A stretch of 64,000 bases of DNA from NCBI GenBank assembly GCA_039796155.1, contig JBDKKJ010000002.1:31365-95364 (forward strand), read 5' to 3'. This stretch comes from Candidatus Parcubacteria bacterium (GTDB lineage Bacteria > Patescibacteriota > Minisyncoccia > Phycocordibacterales > UBA6065). The translations under genes were made by a program, and so were the position numbers. Under the pieces are notes generated by a model. That model was not told where the DNA came from. It saw only the letters and a program-made list of their open reading frames with translations, and did not search any database. Positions within the stretch are counted from its first letter, which is position 1. The number at the start of each line of letters is the position of its first letter. Below, in pieces: positions 58,676 through 64,000 of this stretch.

Positions 58676-59941
58676 ATGCATCCTACAAAAACCACTCTTC
58701 CAAACGGTGTGCGCATTGTGACTATTCCGATGCAGGGGAATCCAACGGTGACGGTCATGATAAACGTTGCAACAGGAGCCTTTTACGAAACTGCGGAACA
58801 GTCGGGGCTTTCGCATTTTCTTGAACATGTCTGTTTCAAAGGTACAGTAAAGCGACCGTCACCTCGAGATATTACAACTGAGCTCGATTCTATTGGTGCT
58901 GTATACAATGCGTTTACCTCACGTCAGGTAACAGGGTATTGGGCAAAAGCAGATGTGCGACACTTCCTGAAAATTGCAGACGTGTGTGCTGACATCTTTA
59001 AAAATTCTGTTTTTCCTGAAGCTGAAATTAAAAAAGAGAAAGGCGTGGTGATGGGTGAAATCGACATGTATGCAGATGATCCTCAAGAGAAAATTTCTGA
59101 GGCCCTCATAAAACATATGTACAAGGGAGAGCCAGCAGAACGAGATGTGTTGGGAACAAAAGAAACTGTCGGAGCAATCACTCGCGACGCTATCGTTGCA
59201 TATCAAAAGTCTCAGTACACGGGCCCAAACACAGTTATTACTATCGCCGGAGGAATAGGTGAAAAAGAAATGATTGCCTGGGCAACTGAAACTTTTTCTG
59301 ACCTTTCAAATATACCTGCGCAACCAGAGTTTCTTACACACGACAGGGAACAAGCTGGGCCCGAGACGGTCTTTATTGATAAAGACACTGATCAGGCGCA
59401 TATTATTTTGTCGTGGAGAACTTTCCCGCACGAGAGTAACGATCGTTATGTGGCACGAGTTATCACAAACATTTTGCGTGGTGGTATGAGTTCACGCCTC
59501 TTTATAAAACTTCGCGAGGAGATGGGTTCTGGGTACTACATCGGTGCCGGCCATCATACATACAAGAGCTTTGGTTCTTTTGCTATATCTACTGGGACGA
59601 CATCAGAACGTGTTGTTGAAATCATCGATGCAATTCTCAAAGAGACTGAAAAACTTAAAAATGAACTCGTATCAGACACCGAATTTTCAAAGATTAAAGA
59701 ATTCATGCGAGCTCACAGAATAATGGGTCTTGAAACATCTGATGATGTGGCTGATTTCTATGCAGATCAAGAAGTTATAAACGGCACCATGCTGGAGCCC
59801 TCAGATTTTGAAAAAATATACGAGGCAATTTCACTAGAAGATATTATGCGTGTTGCCCGAATTATTTTTGACTCTAAAAAGCTCACCGTTGCTGTTATTG
59901 GAAAGGGGATAGATAAAGAAGGGATAAAAAAAGTTTTGTAG
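58676..59941 (+). CDS. M16 family zinc peptidase (insulinase-like)
   Basis: Inverted zinc-binding motif HFLEH…E; 421 aa. Confidence 0.75.
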   Translation: MHPTKTTLPNGVRIVTIPMQGNPTVTVMINVATGAFYETAEQSGLSHFLEHVCFKGTVKRPSPRDITTELDSIGAVYNAFTSRQVTGYWAKADVRHFLKIADVCADIFKNSVFPEAEIKKEKGVVMGEIDMYADDPQEKISEALIKHMYKGEPAERDVLGTKETVGAITRDAIVAYQKSQYTGPNTVITIAGGIGEKEMIAWATETFSDLSNIPAQPEFLTHDREQAGPETVFIDKDTDQAHIILSWRTFPHESNDRYVARVITNILRGGMSSRLFIKLREEMGSGYYIGAGHHTYKSFGSFAISTGTTSERVVEIIDAILKETEKLKNELVSDTEFSKIKEFMRAHRIMGLETSDDVADFYADQEVINGTMLEPSDFEKIYEAISLEDIMRVARIIFDSKKLTVAVIGKGIDKEGIKKVL

Positions 59942-59954
59942 TATCATTAGCGTT

Positions 59955-61055
59955 ATGAAAGACACTCGAATAGAAATAACCACAGGTACTATAGTTAAGG
60001 CCATTCTTTTGGTTATATTGGCCATTGTGGTTTTTACGCTGAAGGACCTTGTTCTTGTAGTCCTTACGGCAGTGGTTATTGCATCTTCTGTTGAGCCTTT
60101 TATTCAATGGTTTATGAAGCATGGTATATACCGTGTCTTTTCTGCGCTCATTGTTTATATAATCATAGCTGGTGTTTTGGTAGGTTCTTTCTACACTGTT
60201 GTTCCACAACTTTTGCAGGATTCATCTGAATTTTTGAGTAAGGTTCCTCAATATCTCGAATCTTCTTCACTGTGGAACCCTCTCGATGAAGAAACGACCG
60301 ATCGATCAAAGACCGTCGCAACAAACATGGTGCAGGGGATTGCAGAGTCTCGGCAGGCATTGAGCACAGTTAACAACACTTCTTCTATTCAGGGTGTGGT
60401 CACCAGCATTAATGAAGCGATAAATTCTGTGTCAGCTGGGTTTGTTCATTCCGCTAGTTCGATTTTTGGAGGTATTCTTTCATTTATTTTGATCGCGGTG
60501 CTTTCTTTCTACCTTGCAGTACAAGAAGATGGGGTTGAGAAGTTTTTGCGTATAGTTATTCCTGACAAAAATGAGAGCTATGTAATTAACCTCTGGAAGA
60601 GAACACAGGTAAAGATAGGGCTCTGGATGCAGGGGCAAATTGTGCTGGCGCTACTCGTGGGTATTTTGGTATACCTTGTGCTCATGGTTGTGGGCGTCCG
60701 CAATGCACTTCTCTTTGCGGTGCTTGCGGCGGTGATGGAAACCATTCCGTTGTTTGGACCAATTATTGCAGCGGTGCCTGCGGTGGCGGTCTCATACAAC
60801 GACATGGGCGCTTCGTCAGCATTAATTGTAGGTATCTTGTATCTCGTCATCCATCAGTTTGAAAATCACTTGATTTATCCTCTTGTGGTAAAGAAGATTG
60901 TGGGTGTTCCACCAATACTTGTTATCCTGTCGCTCTTGGTCGGATTTAAGCTCGCTGGATTCCTTGGAATCATTCTTTCTGTACCTGTGTCGGCGATGCT
61001 TGTTGAATTTCTCGATGACCTCCAAAAGGATAAGAAGGCGGCAAAGCCTCTCTAA
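59955..61055 (+). CDS. AI-2E family transporter (UPF0118/PerM-like)
   Basis: 8 predicted TM helices with the characteristic long periplasmic loop; 366 aa. Confidence 0.7.
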   Translation: MKDTRIEITTGTIVKAILLVILAIVVFTLKDLVLVVLTAVVIASSVEPFIQWFMKHGIYRVFSALIVYIIIAGVLVGSFYTVVPQLLQDSSEFLSKVPQYLESSSLWNPLDEETTDRSKTVATNMVQGIAESRQALSTVNNTSSIQGVVTSINEAINSVSAGFVHSASSIFGGILSFILIAVLSFYLAVQEDGVEKFLRIVIPDKNESYVINLWKRTQVKIGLWMQGQIVLALLVGILVYLVLMVVGVRNALLFAVLAAVMETIPLFGPIIAAVPAVAVSYNDMGASSALIVGILYLVIHQFENHLIYPLVVKKIVGVPPILVILSLLVGFKLAGFLGIILSVPVSAMLVEFLDDLQKDKKAAKPL

Positions 61056-61101
61056 ACTTTGTTAGACTTTTCACCTGTAAACCTATAGTCTTAATCTATC
61101 T

Positions 61102-62562
61102 ATGAAAAAGCCTTTTTATATCACCACTACACTTCCGTACGTGAATGCAGAACCTCATGTTGGTTTTGCTATGGAAATCATTCGTGCGGATGTCATAGCT
61201 CGCTACAAGACGATTTCAGGCTTTGATGTCTTCTTTAACACTGGTACTGACGAACATGGCCAGAAGCTTTTTGAAGCAGCTGAGAAAGAAGGGATACCAG
61301 TAAAGACATATGTTGATAAGCATGCTGCACGGTTCCGTGAGCTTTTGCCAAAGCTCGGTATCAGTTCAGGCATTCACTTTATCCGAACGACTGATGCACA
61401 TCACGAAAAAGCTGCTCAGGAATTCTGGATGCGAGTCTACAACAATGGTTTTATATACAAAAAAAACTACAAGACAAAATACTGTGTTGGTTGTGAGGAA
61501 AATAAAACAGATTCAGAGCTTGTGAATGGACGTTGTGCGATTCATCAGAATCGCGACCTTGAGATTCGTGACGAAGAAAACTATTTCTTTAAATTTTCTG
61601 AGTTTGGCGACAAATTGATTGCGCTTTATGACGCACGAAAGTTCCAAGTCGTACCGGAGTTTCGCCTTAATGAAATGCGAGAGTTTATAAAGAGAGGGCT
61701 TGAAGACTTTAGTATTTCACGACTCAAAACAAAGATGGCGTGGGGTGTACCTGTTCCAAACGACGCAGATCACGTCATGTATGTGTGGTTTGATGCGCTC
61801 GTAAGCTATATTTCAACGTTGGGTTGGCCAGAGAAGTCTGTTGATTTTGAAAAGTTCTGGAAGAACGGAACACCGGTGCAGTACTGTGGTAAAGACAATA
61901 CGCGATTCCAGTCTGTGATGTGGCAAGCAATGCTTTTAGCAGCTGAACTTCCTTCGACGAATACGGTGGTGGTGAATGGTTTCGTAACAGGGGATGGAGG
62001 TGTAAAAATGTCGAAGTCACTCGGCAATGTAATCAATCCTTTTGATGTTGTTACTGAATATGATGCGGTGACCAACGGTCGCGGTGATGAGGTTCTACGC
62101 TATTTCGTATGTCGCGAGATCGGATCTTTTGAAGATTCTCCGTTTACTATGGAACGGTTCAAGGGTGCGTATAACACGGCGCTTGCTAATGGGTTGGGGA
62201 ATCTTGTTTCTCGTGTCATGAAGATGGCGACAACCAATCTTGAGGCGCCAGTACAGATTTCAGATGACGTACTTTCTCCCGAATTTAAAAAAGCTCTTGA
62301 TGGATTTGATATTCAGGCGGCGGTAAACGTTATTTGGAAACACATTACTGATGCTGATCAGATGATTCAGGAGAAGGCTCCTTTTAAACTCGTAAAGACA
62401 GATAAAGCTGCCGCGCAGGAGATTATTAGTGATCTTGTACGTCGTGTGCATGCGATTGCTGTAATGCTTGAAGTGGTGATGCCGCAGACTGCAAAAACTG
62501 TTCAAAAGCTTGTTACTGAACACAAAATGCCTGATGCGCCGCTTTTCATGCGAAAGGATTAG
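61102..62562 (+). CDS. metG: methionyl-tRNA synthetase (short form)
   Basis: …PYVNAEPHVGFAME… HIGH-type motif, zinc knuckle CVGCE…CAIH, KMSKSLGN; 486 aa. Confidence 0.85.
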   Translation: MKKPFYITTTLPYVNAEPHVGFAMEIIRADVIARYKTISGFDVFFNTGTDEHGQKLFEAAEKEGIPVKTYVDKHAARFRELLPKLGISSGIHFIRTTDAHHEKAAQEFWMRVYNNGFIYKKNYKTKYCVGCEENKTDSELVNGRCAIHQNRDLEIRDEENYFFKFSEFGDKLIALYDARKFQVVPEFRLNEMREFIKRGLEDFSISRLKTKMAWGVPVPNDADHVMYVWFDALVSYISTLGWPEKSVDFEKFWKNGTPVQYCGKDNTRFQSVMWQAMLLAAELPSTNTVVVNGFVTGDGGVKMSKSLGNVINPFDVVTEYDAVTNGRGDEVLRYFVCREIGSFEDSPFTMERFKGAYNTALANGLGNLVSRVMKMATTNLEAPVQISDDVLSPEFKKALDGFDIQAAVNVIWKHITDADQMIQEKAPFKLVKTDKAAAQEIISDLVRRVHAIAVMLEVVMPQTAKTVQKLVTEHKMPDAPLFMRKD

Positions 62563-62569
62563 TAAAGAT

Positions 62570-62600
62570 AAAAGCCGCGCCTTACGGCGCGGCTTTTATT
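62570..62600 (+). terminator. rho-independent terminator after metG
   Basis: Hairpin aaagccgcgccttacggcgcggcttt plus T-run. Confidence 0.65.
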
Positions 62601-62602
62601 TC

Positions 62603-62697
62603 CCAGTTTCATCACCGAGCCAATCTTAATAAATTTCAGGTGACTATTCAAGTGTCGTGTATGGACATGACGGGGATCGAACCCGAACTCCCCAGGT
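62603..62697. other. 95-nt hairpin element: 14-bp perfect inverted repeat enclosing a tRNA T-arm-like motif (unresolved ncRNA or tRNA-derived remnant)
   Basis: ccagtttcatcacc (62603-62616) / ggtgatgaaactgg (62684-62697); interior contains tggacatgacggggatcgaacccg (reverse complement of a GGTTCGATCCCC T-arm plus CCA-like end) but no canonical cloverleaf could be assembled. Confidence 0.3.
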
Positions 62698-62839
62698 GAT
62701 GAAACTGGAGGTCTGAGCCATCAGCATGCCCATGACGTAAGACAATCAATCTTCGTCTAGAATGATGATATAAAAGCAGAGTTAAAATCTTTATAAAAAG
62801 TTACTGGCTTTTTTGCACTACTCCACGTATTCTTTTTAC

Positions 62840-63733
62840 ATGCAAGAAAAACCTCTCTACATAGACATACACGCTCATACGAACTTTACAGCCTTTGATG
62901 CTGATAGGGCAGAGGTGATTAAACGCGCTCTCGATGCTTCTGTGTGGATGATAAATATTGGAACTCAGCAGGCTACTTCAAAAAAAGCGGTGGAGATGAC
63001 ACATGAATTTCCCGTGGGTGTGTATGCGATTGTCGGACTTCATCCTGTGCATGTAAATCCGTCGTTTCATGATGTTGAAGAATTGGGAGAGGGAGGAAAG
63101 GTGTTTACGTCACGAGGGGAAAACTTTGATATTGAATTTTATCGCAAGCTTATTGCCGATGATCGTGCAAAAGGTAAAAGTAAGATTGTGGGCATTGGAG
63201 AGTGCGGTTTGGACTTTTACCGTATGCCAACCGAACTCGAACGTACAAGGCAAATAGAAGCTTTCAGGGGTCAGATAGAGCTGGCTTTAGAATGCGATTT
63301 ACCGCTCATGCTTCACGTTAGACAGGCTTATAGCGAGGTGCTCGACATACTTACCGAATACCGTGAAAAGCTCAGCCAAGGCCATTTTAAAGGCTGGGGG
63401 CCAGAACGATTGCGGGGAGATTGTCACTTCTTTGCAGGTAGTGTCGATGACGCACGAGCGTTTCTCGCTCTTGGTTTTCATTTGTCATTTACCGGCGTCG
63501 CAACATTTGCCAAGCAGTATACCGAGCTCATCAACGCGACGCCGGTCGAACGCATCATGTCTGAAACCGATTGTCCCTATGTCGCACCGGTGCCAGAACG
63601 AGGTAAAAGAAACGAACCTTCCTTTGTAATTCATATCGCACACAAGATTGCTGACATCAAAGGTGGTCACATTGATGATGTAAAACGACAACTCGTACAA
63701 AACGCCTTTAACCTTTTTAAATTGACAGTCTAG
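62840..63733 (+). CDS. tatD: TatD family metal-dependent hydrolase
   Basis: IDIHAHTNF…GECGLDFYR…HVRQA… TatD motifs; start at MQEKPLYIDIHAH preferred. Confidence 0.8.
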   Translation: MQEKPLYIDIHAHTNFTAFDADRAEVIKRALDASVWMINIGTQQATSKKAVEMTHEFPVGVYAIVGLHPVHVNPSFHDVEELGEGGKVFTSRGENFDIEFYRKLIADDRAKGKSKIVGIGECGLDFYRMPTELERTRQIEAFRGQIELALECDLPLMLHVRQAYSEVLDILTEYREKLSQGHFKGWGPERLRGDCHFFAGSVDDARAFLALGFHLSFTGVATFAKQYTELINATPVERIMSETDCPYVAPVPERGKRNEPSFVIHIAHKIADIKGGHIDDVKRQLVQNAFNLFKLTV

Positions 63734-64000
63734 AATGGGGGAGTAGTATCAGTTCTGAGAAGCCGTGAATTTCTTCACGACTACAGTTAACCCTTGATCC
63801 AGAACTATTCGGATGAATGACCAAGAGTCAAACACTGACCAATGGAAACGGTTCAAGAACCGACCCGAGGACAAGGCCCCTCTTTGGCTCCTTATTCTCC
63901 TGGGTATCCTCCTTGTTGGAGGGGAGGTGGGTGTGTTTGGTTTTACCCACGGTTGGTTCCGCTGATACCGTATTCGCGCCCGCCTTCTAGGCGGGCGCTT

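Noticed and set aside
62650-62730. Possible canonical tRNA gene on the minus strand (T-arm-like GGTTCGATCCCC plus CCA)
   Set aside because: No 7-bp acceptor stem partner or anticodon arm could be assembled. The apparent acceptor heptamer occurs as a direct repeat, not an inverted one. Kept only as an unresolved element.
63734-64000. Start of an rRNA operon, tmRNA or RNase P RNA
   Set aside because: Conserved 5' motifs of 16S and 23S rRNA, tmRNA (GGGG…GGAUUCGACGGG) and RNase P (GGAAAGUCCGGGC) are not recognisable.
1-64000. CRISPR arrays
   Set aside because: No run of regularly spaced identical 25-40-bp direct repeats was seen anywhere. The only notable repeats are the DGR VR/TR pair and short inverted repeats.

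Overview
This 64 kb window comes from a low-GC chromosome. GC is roughly 40-42% by eye, and the gene repertoire is reduced. The content resembles a CPR/Patescibacteria-type genome: short YidC, PilB/GspE ATPase, a minimal VirB4/VirB6 module, class-A PBP, and no rplA after rplK. The lineage call is inference only. The window spans the replication origin, with rpmH-rnpA-yidC on the minus strand and dnaA, an AT-rich DnaA-box region and dnaN on the plus strand. Upstream of the origin lies a type-IV-secretion-like gene cluster. It encodes a TrbL/VirB6-like polytopic protein, a VirB3/PrgI-like protein, a VirB4 ATPase split into two ORFs, and several secreted or pilin-like proteins. Most of the rest is compact housekeeping. 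This includes ruvA, ruvB, ruvC, yebC and ruvX, polA, tsaE, five aminoacyl-tRNA synthetase genes (tyrS, argS, ileS, glyQS, metG), and secE-nusG-rplK. It also includes rpsT, fpg, a PBP1A gene, gmk, and a thymidylate-metabolism cluster. Three tRNA genes are present: Lys-TTT, Ser-TGA, and one read as Arg-GCG. The most notable feature lies between about 27.6 and 33.7 kb, immediately downstream of tRNA-Lys. It is an accessory island that encodes an AlbA_2/HATPase-like protein and a large serine recombinase. It also carries a complete diversity-generating retroelement (DGR). The DGR has a GC-rich target gene whose C-terminal 125 bp variable region (VR) differs from a downstream template repeat (TR) at 18 positions. 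Every difference sits at a TR adenine. An Avd-like four-helix-bundle gene lies on the opposite strand, and a reverse transcriptase carries the DGR-type LGxxxSQ motif. A second notable feature is an isoleucyl-tRNA synthetase carrying an apparently intact histidine-phosphatase (PGAM-like) domain inserted in its catalytic core. No CRISPR arrays or rRNA genes were recognised.
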